Below, in pieces: positions 8,030 through 17,801 of a stretch of 64,000 nucleotides of DNA; within the stretch, counting starts at the first letter, position 1; each line of letters starts with the position of its first letter. The DNA comes from a virus. Lineage: Duplodnaviria; Heunggongvirae; Uroviricota; Caudoviricetes. The translations under genes were made by a program, and so were the position numbers. The DNA lies in IMG/VR virus record IMGVR_UViG_3300029288_000055, positions 96,001 through 160,000 of that record, one strand, 5' to 3'. Below the pieces are notes generated by a model. That model saw only the letters and a list, made by a program, of their open reading frames with translations. It searched no databases and was not told the DNA's origin.

Positions 8030-8074
8030 ATTTTAAATTTCATTTTTACAAAGAACATTTGTCCTAAGACGATG

Positions 8075-8105
8075 CAAACATAATACACATTTTTTTAATG
8101 TGCAA
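8075..8105 (-). promoter_or_regulatory. Bacteroidota housekeeping promoter for the ncRNA array
   Basis: TTG-N20-TATGTTTG matching -33/-7 consensus TTG/TAnnTTTG; boxA-like TGTTCTTTG follows at 8049-8057. Confidence 0.7.
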
Positions 8106-8209
8106 GTATTTTCCAAAATATTTTTAAAAAAAATTTATTTCCGTGCAATCGTATTCGGATTAATAAATACACAATTTTTTTAAAAAAGTTACAAATTAAT
8201 GAAAATATT

Positions 8210-11200
8210 TTATTTTTTCTTCATTAAATTTTGATGAATTTCTGCTAATTTTAATCTTTCATGCATCGTCATATGCTCAGTAGATGGTTCATCAGGATTT
8301 TTCATATTTTTTTCTGCTTCTTCAATTTCTTCTCTACTTAAAATAATTTTTTCTTTTGGGGGTGAATATGATCGATTATTTTTATTTATTTCGTCATATT
8401 TTTGTACAATTCCTTCAGCAATTATTTCCTTTGGCAATGAAATATCTTCCAATTTTATTTCAATTTCATTCGTTTTTACAGTTTCAGTCTTTCCACTCCA
8501 ATCCAATAAATCATCTTTTTTTGGTGGATTTGTAATATTATTTACACCCTCATTTACAGCATCAGTTACAGCATCATTTTCATCTATTTCAATTAATCCA
8601 TCATCATTTTCAGTTTCATTTAATGCTTCTTTGGCAATATCATATATTTGTTTTATTTCATTTATAGATTGATCAGTTCTGGTTGTTTCAATATGCATAT
8701 TTATAATTTCAGCATCTTTTTTTTCAGTAATTTTTTCAAATTGTTTTAAATCAACAGGGTCATCATTAATTGTTGGGTCATTTACCATTTCAGTTAAACT
8801 TATCACACGCTTATTTATTGCAGCATGCATATCAATATCAGATGACTTTTTTATTATTTCATTTGCAGTATTGTTTATTTCATTAACATCTTCGGAATCA
8901 TGATGCTTCAGTATTGTTCTTACAGGATATCTTTTATCTTCAATTATAATTTGCATTGTATCATTATTAAAAATACAGTCAGTAAATGTTTGTCCATCTT
9001 GTGCGAATCTTGCTTTAATAATACGTATACTTGCAAGATTTGCTTCTTTTTGATCTGCAGTCTTTGCAACACTCATAAAAAAATGTGCTTTTTGTACTCT
9101 TTTAATGCTTCCACCAGATTGATATGCTTCCACATATTCCGCATTAAAACCACTACGATTGGTTTGTATTGCTGTCCATGCAGGTATATCAAAATCAGCA
9201 GCCAATGCTTCAAAAGATTTTATTATTACAAGTTCAGCTTCGTTTCTGTCTGGTGTTTTTTTATGTGATTCAAGACAATCCAAATAATCAAGAACTAATA
9301 TATCAAATTTATATCCATACTTTTTTTGATGTCTAAGCATCCAAGAACGAATATCCATCATTGTGGTATTCTCCTGACTAAATCTTTTTATAATAAGGTT
9401 ACCCTTACCTACCATTTCACTGGCTTTCTTATATGTAAGTTGTTTTACCAATTCACAATTTTCGTCAGTTTTACTTAATGCTATATTTGACCATATAGTA
9501 AAATGTTTACGTTGAATCTGTTCTTTAGTATCTTCAAATATTATCTGGCAAACATTTTTACATTCATCATATGCAGTATTTGCAATCTTGGTTAAAAGAG
9601 TTGTATTATGTGTTAAAATATAATCATCGATAACATATAAATGATTTTTATTTTCAACATATATACATTGTGCTTCTTCTTCATGAGAATATGAAATATT
9701 TGATATATATTTATTGAATTTATATTTATCTCTATATACAACACGATCTTGCTTTCTTTTTAAAAAAAATGGTTTTATTTCATCATTTAAAAATGATATT
9801 GTTAAAATATAAGATTTTTGTCCAATTTTAATTTCATTCTTATATTTATATTTTGGTAATTTTTCACACATACGACAAAATCCACCTAATGATAACACTA
9901 ATTCTCTAACATCATATACTAAATCTTTTGATGCCGTGGTAAATTGTATTCTTCCAGATTTTGAAGTGTATCCATCAGTATCCATCAATCCTTGTAACAA
10001 CGATATTCTATCCTCAATTGATGAATATAAATATTCTTTTGGAATAAATTTTTTGTTAGAAGTAACATTAAGTTTCAAATCTTTAATTAATTCATATAAT
10101 TTATTTTTTTTACCTTTTTTGCCAGTTATCGAATAGGATATAGTCTTAGAAATTTGTTTTAATGATAAATCTTCATATTGATCATTAATGATATTATTAA
10201 TACGATTAATAATATCATCATCAATTGATGTAAATCTTATTGAAGATTGAGTTAAACCACCATCACCAATTAATGCACCTAATAAATATGAGTTTATTAA
10301 TAATTCTTTTTTATTAAATTCTACGGCTTTAACAATTGGTATTCTATAATTTAATTTTTTATGATTTTTATTATAAATCACATAATTTTTAATTAATTCT
10401 TTTGTTGTAATTGGATTATATGAAAAATCGGGTGTTTTTATATGTTTTGGTTTACCATCAATATAATGTGTAGTATTTGCAGTACGTTGATTTAAAGAAT
10501 TGACTGACCATATGTGTTCTTCATCACAATATGCTGTCGTTTGGTCGTTAAATTCTATTTTATATATTGGTCTCTTGCCTTGTGGATAAACGCCCAATAC
10601 TTTTGTTGGTCTACCATCACTGCCTACAACCAAATCATTTAATTTAACATCACCCATTTTAATCCAACCTTCAGGAGTTAATAAATTAGCTGATAACGGT
10701 AAGCTCTTACCAACACCTGAAGGAGTTAATATAACACCAATTTCACCTTTTCCTAAACCACCACCTGTAAGAGTATCAATTACACCAACGCCAGTAGCTA
10801 TTGTTTGACGAAACTCTTTTCTTAATGCATGATCAATATTATCAAATACACTTATGCCATAATCTTCTTCATCGCCAATATGTTGAATTTTATGAAATTT
10901 TTCTTCAATTGAAGCAATTGTAGTTTTTTTTCTAATATCACCATTTTTTGTCGATGTAATAATAAACTCTCCAGTCTTTCGATACTCCTGTTGTTTAATA
11001 AAATTGGTTGTTTCAGTTCTAATTACATCGCCATCATGCAATATTTGTTTATTAAGAACTCTTTCATTCCACATTTCGATTCGCTTAATTACAGCAAATA
11101 AAGATTCTTCCTCAATAATATTATTGGGAGTTTTATAAGTATTAATTGCCTGTAATATGCTTTGATTCTGAAGATTTGGAACTTTTCCGTGTGCTTTATA

Positions 11201-11377
11201 GAATTCAAGTATTATAATAAAAAGTCTTTTAAGATTTGGGTCATCAAAATATTCAACTGCTAAATTTGGAATTGTTTTTTCTGCAAATTCTGGTTCGACC
11301 AGTAATTGCCACATCAAACGTTGTTGAAATTCGGGACCTAAGTATGCAGTTAGTGTATATTCAGTATTTTCAGCCAT
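8210..11377 (-). CDS. dnaB: Replicative DnaB/gp41-like helicase with intein and acidic C-terminal extension
   Basis: Walker A PSGVGK|T split by intein, ILVLDYLD Walker B, AIQTNR, IIKARF. Confidence 0.9.
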   Translation of the reverse strand: MAENTEYTLTAYLGPEFQQRLMWQLLVEPEFAEKTIPNLAVEYFDDPNLKRLFIIILEFYKAHGKVPNLQNQSILQAINTYKTPNNIIEEESLFAVIKRIEMWNERVLNKQILHDGDVIRTETTNFIKQQEYRKTGEFIITSTKNGDIRKKTTIASIEEKFHKIQHIGDEEDYGISVFDNIDHALRKEFRQTIATGVGVIDTLTGGGLGKGEIGVILTPSGVGKSLPLSANLLTPEGWIKMGDVKLNDLVVGSDGRPTKVLGVYPQGKRPIYKIEFNDQTTAYCDEEHIWSVNSLNQRTANTTHYIDGKPKHIKTPDFSYNPITTKELIKNYVIYNKNHKKLNYRIPIVKAVEFNKKELLINSYLLGALIGDGGLTQSSIRFTSIDDDIINRINNIINDQYEDLSLKQISKTISYSITGKKGKKNKLYELIKDLKLNVTSNKKFIPKEYLYSSIEDRISLLQGLMDTDGYTSKSGRIQFTTASKDLVYDVRELVLSLGGFCRMCEKLPKYKYKNEIKIGQKSYILTISFLNDEIKPFFLKRKQDRVVYRDKYKFNKYISNISYSHEEEAQCIYVENKNHLYVIDDYILTHNTTLLTKIANTAYDECKNVCQIIFEDTKEQIQRKHFTIWSNIALSKTDENCELVKQLTYKKASEMVGKGNLIIKRFSQENTTMMDIRSWMLRHQKKYGYKFDILVLDYLDCLESHKKTPDRNEAELVIIKSFEALAADFDIPAWTAIQTNRSGFNAEYVEAYQSGGSIKRVQKAHFFMSVAKTADQKEANLASIRIIKARFAQDGQTFTDCIFNNDTMQIIIEDKRYPVRTILKHHDSEDVNEINNTANEIIKKSSDIDMHAAINKRVISLTEMVNDPTINDDPVDLKQFEKITEKKDAEIINMHIETTRTDQSINEIKQIYDIAKEALNETENDDGLIEIDENDAVTDAVNEGVNNITNPPKKDDLLDWSGKTETVKTNEIEIKLEDISLPKEIIAEGIVQKYDEINKNNRSYSPPKEKIILSREEIEEAEKNMKNPDEPSTEHMTMHERLKLAEIHQNLMKKK
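9605..10705 (-). mobile_element. Intein with LAGLIDADG endonuclease in helicase P-loop
   Basis: Starts SLPLSANLLTPEGWIKMGDVK, ends YILTHN before Thr; LLGALIGDG and LLQGLMDTDG motifs; 367 aa. Confidence 0.9.
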
Positions 11378-11487
11378 TTAAATTTGTTTATTAAAAGAAA
11401 GCAGTTGTTGGAGTAGAAACACAATATTAACCAAGTATGAGTACACAAACAAAGATACTTCCAACAACTGCCCAAGTAATTTTAGAC

Positions 11488-12102
11488 TTAATTACGTCTA
11501 ATTCGTCTCAGCATTTCCTCTCTTTTAGCAGGAGAAAGTTCTCTGATTTGGTTGATCGATAATCCTTTAATATTGATTAGGTCATAATCGTCCCACATGT
11601 TTTTAACATCCGTATGCAAGATTTTTGCCCAGATATTGTCTGCAATATTCGATACTTCATCAACTATTTCGGTTGACCAACGTGCTATTGGATTAAAACC
11701 GTCAACATAAAAAGTTCTTTCAACAATAGGTTTATTGTTAATATAAAAGCCAATCTTACACTCAACGCCTCTGATTGTTTTTTCCTCAATCTGTTGAACG
11801 ATTGGTTGCGGACTATAATACATTCCATCTCTTTGTTCTTTTGGATAAGCATTTACCATAGTTTGATAATACCCAAATAAACCATATGCTTTGGTTTTAC
11901 TTATATTAAATGATGTATTATAATTTCTTCTGGAAAGTGTTTTTTGCAAACGAGTGATTGTACGTGGTAAAATATCCCTAATATCAATTGAATATCTTGT
12001 GAAGGGATTAAATTGATCTGCATCAAATATTTTTTCGCACAATAAAACATTTTCCTGATACAGTGAAAATCTAAACATATTACTGCGTTCTTTTTCGTTC
12101 AT
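11488..12102 (-). CDS. Hypothetical protein
   Basis: Long ORF in replication cluster; start moved to MNEKERS since TATATTTG promoter element lies at 12136-12143. Confidence 0.7.
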   Translation of the reverse strand: MNEKERSNMFRFSLYQENVLLCEKIFDADQFNPFTRYSIDIRDILPRTITRLQKTLSRRNYNTSFNISKTKAYGLFGYYQTMVNAYPKEQRDGMYYSPQPIVQQIEEKTIRGVECKIGFYINNKPIVERTFYVDGFNPIARWSTEIVDEVSNIADNIWAKILHTDVKNMWDDYDLINIKGLSINQIRELSPAKREEMLRRIRRN

Positions 12103-12172
12103 TTTTATAATTTTTAAATTGTTAATAAACCAATACAAATATATATACTATCCACCGTAAGTGGAAGACTTT

Positions 12173-13225
12173 TTATAAACTTTTCCTTTTGTTTTTACGA
12201 TACTCTGTAAGTAGCTCTCTTTCTGCTGAAACAACAGTATAAAATGGTTCAATATAATTAACATATGTGCTACCATATACTGTTAAAAATTCATCTTCTG
12301 TCATCATTGGTAGTAAATTTCTACTACCTCTGTCACCCATAGTTAAAGATGCATCTAAATCTTTTAATGCTTCTCTTGCCTGATCAGTAAGCAATGGTTG
12401 TCTTAAATTAACCAATTGAAAATTCATTTTTAATCTATCAATATTATTTAATAAATTTTCAAGTGCTTTTAATGGTTTCTTTTTATTTAAAACTCTTTCT
12501 TTATTTATTTCATCAGCTTTCTTACAAATTTCCCTTACTGTCATGTGTTTATATTTCAGTTCAGGAAAATGTTTCAAAAGAGTATCTTCTCCCATGCCTT
12601 CAATGCCTTTAACATTATCTGATGTATCACCACAAATTATTTTTAATATCAATGCATTTGAATAATAATGATTAAAATGCATCATATAATTTGTACTATT
12701 TACTGGCACTGAAATGTTTGGAAATAATATTGTAATATTTAAATCCAACAATTGTGCAAAGTCTCTATCATTTGAGTATAAAAGAATTTCTTCAATATTA
12801 TTATGATCAATACAATATGCTGCAATTAAATCATCTGCTTCAACATCATCAATCTCAATTTGCCTTAAAAATAATTCTTCCGCATATGCTTGTATTCTCA
12901 ATCTTTGTTTTAAAATTGATTGTTCTTTTTCTCTTTCTTTACGAATTTCAGCAGCAGTTAATTCAATTCTTCTATACCATTCCTTAGTTTTGCGATTAGC
13001 TTTATATTCTTTATCAATACGATGACGTTGAATACCACCACCTTCACCATCCCAAACAAGAACTACTTTATTAATCATATGCTCTTTAATCACTTTACGA
13101 ACGGTTGTCAGAAATTGATACAAACCCCCAATATGTCCAAATTTTGGAGTATATGTATCTTTTGCTCCATGATAAGAACGTTGTAAAAGATATGATGCAT
13201 CAACTAATAGAGTACGAATTTTCAT
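12173..13225 (-). CDS. 5'-3' exonuclease / RNase H (FEN/PolI-N family)
   Basis: LLVDAS, YKANR, EADDLIA, SNDRDF, GDTSDNVKGIEGMG motifs. Confidence 0.9.
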   Translation of the reverse strand: MKIRTLLVDASYLLQRSYHGAKDTYTPKFGHIGGLYQFLTTVRKVIKEHMINKVVLVWDGEGGGIQRHRIDKEYKANRKTKEWYRRIELTAAEIRKEREKEQSILKQRLRIQAYAEELFLRQIEIDDVEADDLIAAYCIDHNNIEEILLYSNDRDFAQLLDLNITILFPNISVPVNSTNYMMHFNHYYSNALILKIICGDTSDNVKGIEGMGEDTLLKHFPELKYKHMTVREICKKADEINKERVLNKKKPLKALENLLNNIDRLKMNFQLVNLRQPLLTDQAREALKDLDASLTMGDRGSRNLLPMMTEDEFLTVYGSTYVNYIEPFYTVVSAERELLTEYRKNKRKSL

Positions 13226-14370
13226 TCTTCTGGTTGTGTTTCACTTCTTTCAACTATTTCATCTTCAAATGAAATTTTACCGTTAGCATCGATATTTTTT
13301 GTCGATAATGTAACTTCATCAGCATTAATAGTATCATCTTCAAATAAATTGCGAAAATACAATATATTTTTCTTTTTGAATGCATCTACATCGTCAGGAG
13401 AAACAAAGCCAAGCGGTGTTGAAATAATTGTACCTTGCATTGATATGCCACCAAGAGGACCGTCCACATGGTTTTTTGCAACACTAATTTTGGTTTCAAT
13501 ACCATAACTAACAGTACGTTTTTTGCTGTCAGCAGTTGCAGCTTTTGTTCCATGTGTTACAATACCGCCAAAATGATAAATAAGTCTTGCACCAAGATTC
13601 CATGTTTCACCACCTTTATGTTTAACAACACCTTTATTCATATTGTCAATCCAAATTTTCTGGGTTGCAACAACAGTATTAGTATATGGTCTATTGATTT
13701 TTCTACTACTTGGAATAGTATTATTAAGTAAATACATAAATGCTTTTTCATATGCACCCGCATTCCACATATTATTATTTGCTTCATCTTTTTCAGCAGC
13801 ATTAATTGTTTTAATACAATTCAAAGTACCTATTGAATCGATTGCAAATAATAAATCGTATGGTAAATCACCATTTGCTTGCATATCAAGAAAATAATAA
13901 AAACATTTTGCAAGGTCTTCAATTGCAGCTTCTTTTCTGTCTTTGTCTTGTACAATACCAAAATTTTTAAGAAGATAATCATTATCAATTCTAATATAAT
14001 TATCAAAATCAAATCCCAATTCAGTTAATCTGTAACTACCTTTTCCCATATTGTTTTCAGTATCAATAAGAATTGGTAAAATACCCATTTTTTGTGATGT
14101 TACAAGTACTTCACAAATAGCAGTTGATTTACCAGTATTGGTATGTCCACGAACTTGATTAACATAACCCTTAGCAAAACCGGGTAAACCACATGCCTTT
14201 TTAAATCCATCTGACATTTGTATCCAAATTAATGGTTTGTCTGGTACATCATCTACCTTTGCTTTTTTCTTAAAATTATCGAGCGAAAAAGTTTTTTTAG
14301 CAACAGGTTTTCTCATTTTATTATTAGCGGGAACGTTTTCTTCGTCTATGTGTAATAATTCTTTTGACAT
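13222..14370 (-). CDS. RecA/UvsX-like recombinase
   Basis: GHTNTGKS Walker A, IDTE, AIDSIG, KGG, KNHV. Confidence 0.8.
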   Translation of the reverse strand: MSKELLHIDEENVPANNKMRKPVAKKTFSLDNFKKKAKVDDVPDKPLIWIQMSDGFKKACGLPGFAKGYVNQVRGHTNTGKSTAICEVLVTSQKMGILPILIDTENNMGKGSYRLTELGFDFDNYIRIDNDYLLKNFGIVQDKDRKEAAIEDLAKCFYYFLDMQANGDLPYDLLFAIDSIGTLNCIKTINAAEKDEANNNMWNAGAYEKAFMYLLNNTIPSSRKINRPYTNTVVATQKIWIDNMNKGVVKHKGGETWNLGARLIYHFGGIVTHGTKAATADSKKRTVSYGIETKISVAKNHVDGPLGGISMQGTIISTPLGFVSPDDVDAFKKKNILYFRNLFEDDTINADEVTLSTKNIDANGKISFEDEIVERSETQPEE

Positions 14371-14381
14371 GTTAATTATTT

Positions 14382-14873
14382 TTAATAAATCAATTTTAAT
14401 TTTTCAATAAATTCTAAATGTTTTCTTTTTGTGTCTAACACTTCACCATTTTTTGTTTCAAAAATTAAAGAATTTTCATTTAATATTAAATATCGATGAA
14501 TAAATCGATGAAAATTTTTATCTAATATAATTACATCTTCAATTAAAGAATAATTCCAGTGATGCGCATTTTTGTCTGAAGGTAATTTTAAGTCACGTGA
14601 AAGATTTTTATATTTACCATTTTTATATATTTTTAATTTGTTTTGTTCAAATTGTAATTCTTTATAGTTTAGACGATAATATTTTTCTTGACTTCTTAAT
14701 CTTTCTTTTTCACAAAATTCTTTAGAATTTTTTCGTAATGTTTTTTCTCGTATATTTGCTACTTCTTTACAACATTCTTTACACTTATTTAAATGTCCAT
14801 CCCGCATTTGGGGATGGACATAAAAATCATTCAATTCTTTATCGTTTCCACATCTAATACATCTTTTTTTCAT
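14382..14873 (-). CDS. Zn-finger HNH-like homing endonuclease
   Basis: CxxC...CKEC N-terminus, AHHWNY...HRFIH. Confidence 0.55.
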   Translation of the reverse strand: MKKRCIRCGNDKELNDFYVHPQMRDGHLNKCKECCKEVANIREKTLRKNSKEFCEKERLRSQEKYYRLNYKELQFEQNKLKIYKNGKYKNLSRDLKLPSDKNAHHWNYSLIEDVIILDKNFHRFIHRYLILNENSLIFETKNGEVLDTKRKHLEFIEKLKLIY

Positions 14874-14905
14874 TTTTTACGATAACTAATTGATAGTTAA
14901 TCAGA

Positions 14906-16147
14906 TCAAAAGGGAAGATCATCATATTCATTACCGCCACTACTACTACCTTCATTTTCTGGTGCTGTTTCAGCAGCAGGTGCAGATGCTTGAGCAGGTG
15001 CAGATTTTAATGCTGATTCGCCAACGTTTACTGCATCATCAGTATATGTACCAACCTTATCAGGGGTAATATTACTAATTGTAACACGTGGATATTCTTC
15101 ATCAATCAAATCTGATGCCTGTTCAAATGCTGCATCTTCATCTGCGTCAAGATTACGGTTACGAGTATTAGCTGCTTCTTCCAAATCAGGACGACCCGGG
15201 AACACCCAATGTTTGTTGTTTGCATCAGTATCATCCCAATAAGGATTAGTACCATTTGCCACAGCTTCAAGAAATTCATAAGGTGGCATACCCGGTGCTT
15301 GTTTTGGCTTAAATACTTCTCTCCAATTGATATTATCTTCAAGCCACTGTTGCATAACGAGAGCGTCAGCATGAAGCGGTGACTTGCCACGGAAAGTAAT
15401 TGCAGATATCTGTTTGTATACATGACCATTAAATTCACTATCAGACATAGTAATACTTAAATCAGTTCCGATTTTAATGTCTGAAAAATCTGCCTGATTA
15501 ATCTCCATATATTCTTTCAATATAGGAAGTAACTTATCAAGAGTACCTTGATTTTTAAAGTTGTGCTTAAATCTCCAGAATTTAACACCGTCTTTTTCAG
15601 CACCTTTGTCAATTCCACGAACTATGTAGAATTTTTTTGCTTCCCACTTATTAGCTTCTGTAAAGATTGCTCTATTTTTTTCGTAGATTACTAATTCATC
15701 TGCATTTAGAGTTTCTTTCTTTCTACCTTTTAATGAAGGATTCTGCTGTGCAAGCATTTTCTTTGCTTTGTCACATAATGGACATGGAGCAGGAATCATG
15801 ATAGGTTGACCATTTGTATCAAAACATGGTTTATCATTTGCCATTTTTTGAACCTTTTGATCATTGTGGGCAGGACAATAGATAACTGTGCCGTGTTTTT
15901 TCTTTCCCCCTGATGCATTTGTTGGAGCAACATGGAAGAATGCTTCTTCAATGTGTTTCTTGTTTGGTTTTGGAGGGAGAATTCTGAAAATCTCTTTGTT
16001 TTTACGAGGAACGAAATACTTCGCTAAGATTTCCTCACTTGTTCTACGCTTTTTTTGATTTTGTTTGTTCTGATAATCAGAAAACATTTCTTTCAATTTT
16101 GACAAATCGCCACCTTGTGGGTTTGTCACACTTTCATTTTGTGCCAT
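14906..16147 (-). CDS. Single-stranded DNA-binding protein (gp32-like)
   Basis: FRILP, H..C..CPLC Zn site, GTDL, acidic tail ending YDDLPF; TTG-N20-TATATTTG promoter at 16199-16229. Confidence 0.75.
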   Translation of the reverse strand: MAQNESVTNPQGGDLSKLKEMFSDYQNKQNQKKRRTSEEILAKYFVPRKNKEIFRILPPKPNKKHIEEAFFHVAPTNASGGKKKHGTVIYCPAHNDQKVQKMANDKPCFDTNGQPIMIPAPCPLCDKAKKMLAQQNPSLKGRKKETLNADELVIYEKNRAIFTEANKWEAKKFYIVRGIDKGAEKDGVKFWRFKHNFKNQGTLDKLLPILKEYMEINQADFSDIKIGTDLSITMSDSEFNGHVYKQISAITFRGKSPLHADALVMQQWLEDNINWREVFKPKQAPGMPPYEFLEAVANGTNPYWDDTDANNKHWVFPGRPDLEEAANTRNRNLDADEDAAFEQASDLIDEEYPRVTISNITPDKVGTYTDDAVNVGESALKSAPAQASAPAAETAPENEGSSSGGNEYDDLPF

Positions 16148-16286
16148 TTTAATAAAATTTTACAGTAAAGTTATTTTTCAATTATAAAAATTGTGCTACA
16201 AATATAGCCTTCATTTTCTATAAATACAAGACTTTTTTTATTTAGACTAAATAAAAATAAAATTTTTTATCTTTTTTTATAAAATT

Positions 16287-17723
16287 TTACGCTTTTAAAT
16301 TACCGTCAGAAACAACAGTAAATGAAAGTGTTTGTTTGTTTTCGTAATATGAACCATTTTTCAATCTAATCTGCAAATAATAATCTTGCGGAATCAACCA
16401 TGATGTGTCAAGATTAAACTCATATCCTTTATTTGTTCTATTCACTGATGTAAATGGTATTAGATCAAGCTCATATTTTTTTCCTATCGTTGTAAATAAT
16501 CTATATTCAATATCCAAAGGTAAAAAATTATTTTGATTTGCATAGAGTTCTTTAATAGTTAATTTAATTTTTCTTACTGTACCTACTCTAACATTCTCTT
16601 TTTCATTAATTCCCCAAAAATAGAAATAATAATTATCAAAATTCATCTGATTTGATTGATCAAATGTATAATACTTATCTTGTGATATAAGATAAAACTC
16701 ACCTTCAAAAGTAGTTGTTCTACTATTAACAGTTAATGTCCACACATCCTTGAATAAAACAGCATCTGGGTAAGTATTAGAATCAACATTTAATGTAATC
16801 TTATATACACCTTTACTTACATTAATTATTGAACTACCAGTAAGTGTTGCAACAAGATTATCTTCATAATCAAATATTTGTACCTGATTTACAGTAACAT
16901 TTTGTTGAAAATTACCAATATTAACATATAAAAACAAATCATTATCTTTGTCGAGATAAAAATAATTTCTATCATCTTGAATTATATCATCAATTGTTGT
17001 TTCAATATATGGTTCATAATAAGTATTTGTATGTTTTGCATGAAATGCAACTGCCTGTCTAAAGTTAGTTTCAAGTACTTCAAAACTATCTGGAAATTTA
17101 ATACCAAGACCATATGAACTACCAGTAAATGTGGTTGTACCAGTATAACCTGTACCAAATATTCTCTGATTTATATAATCTGTAATATCAATTTCAATAT
17201 CTTCATCACCTTTTTCAAAATGTTCAGTTCCTATTATTTGAGTTACACCACTAATATAAGCACCTTGTACAGTCCAGCCACTTGTTGTTGTTCTGGCTGA
17301 CCAATTAGATGCCTGTGGTATTAAAACAGGGTCTACAACATCCACAAATTGAAAATTGGGGTCGTTATATTCAAACTCATAACCACTACCTTCGTCCCAA
17401 CTTTGATTAATATTAAATAATTCAAGATCAAAACTACTTGCCCTATCAATATTTAAGCTATATGATTTTTTTCCAACATATTGTTGTGCATATCTAATTG
17501 TATTAGTCATATGTAATACATGCTTAACAATTCTACTTGGATTTATTGACCCATCAGCAATTTTAACACGTATATCATCAAAATCTACATCAAAGATAAA
17601 TCTACTTACCTGTGTATTCAATGTACCATATGATACTTCTGTTACAGGATTTTGTGAATTGTTGCTTAGATTATTACCTATCAACGTATTATTTTTCAAG
17701 AAATATGATCTAAAGATTGACAT
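16287..17723 (-). CDS. Probable virion structural protein
   Basis: 478 aa beta-rich, SWDEGSG motif; GTATTTAT upstream. Confidence 0.5.
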   Translation of the reverse strand: MSIFRSYFLKNNTLIGNNLSNNSQNPVTEVSYGTLNTQVSRFIFDVDFDDIRVKIADGSINPSRIVKHVLHMTNTIRYAQQYVGKKSYSLNIDRASSFDLELFNINQSWDEGSGYEFEYNDPNFQFVDVVDPVLIPQASNWSARTTTSGWTVQGAYISGVTQIIGTEHFEKGDEDIEIDITDYINQRIFGTGYTGTTTFTGSSYGLGIKFPDSFEVLETNFRQAVAFHAKHTNTYYEPYIETTIDDIIQDDRNYFYLDKDNDLFLYVNIGNFQQNVTVNQVQIFDYEDNLVATLTGSSIINVSKGVYKITLNVDSNTYPDAVLFKDVWTLTVNSRTTTFEGEFYLISQDKYYTFDQSNQMNFDNYYFYFWGINEKENVRVGTVRKIKLTIKELYANQNNFLPLDIEYRLFTTIGKKYELDLIPFTSVNRTNKGYEFNLDTSWLIPQDYYLQIRLKNGSYYENKQTLSFTVVSDGNLKA

Positions 17724-17754
17724 GTTCTTTTTCTATATAAATACCTCACAAACA

Positions 17755-17781
17755 AAAAAGACTACACTTCGTAGTCTTTTT
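17755..17781 (-). terminator. Intrinsic terminator
   Basis: aaaaaagactac-actt-cgtagtcttttt hairpin with flanking A/T runs. Confidence 0.7.
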
Positions 17782-17801
17782 ATTATTGATATTTACAATT
17801 A

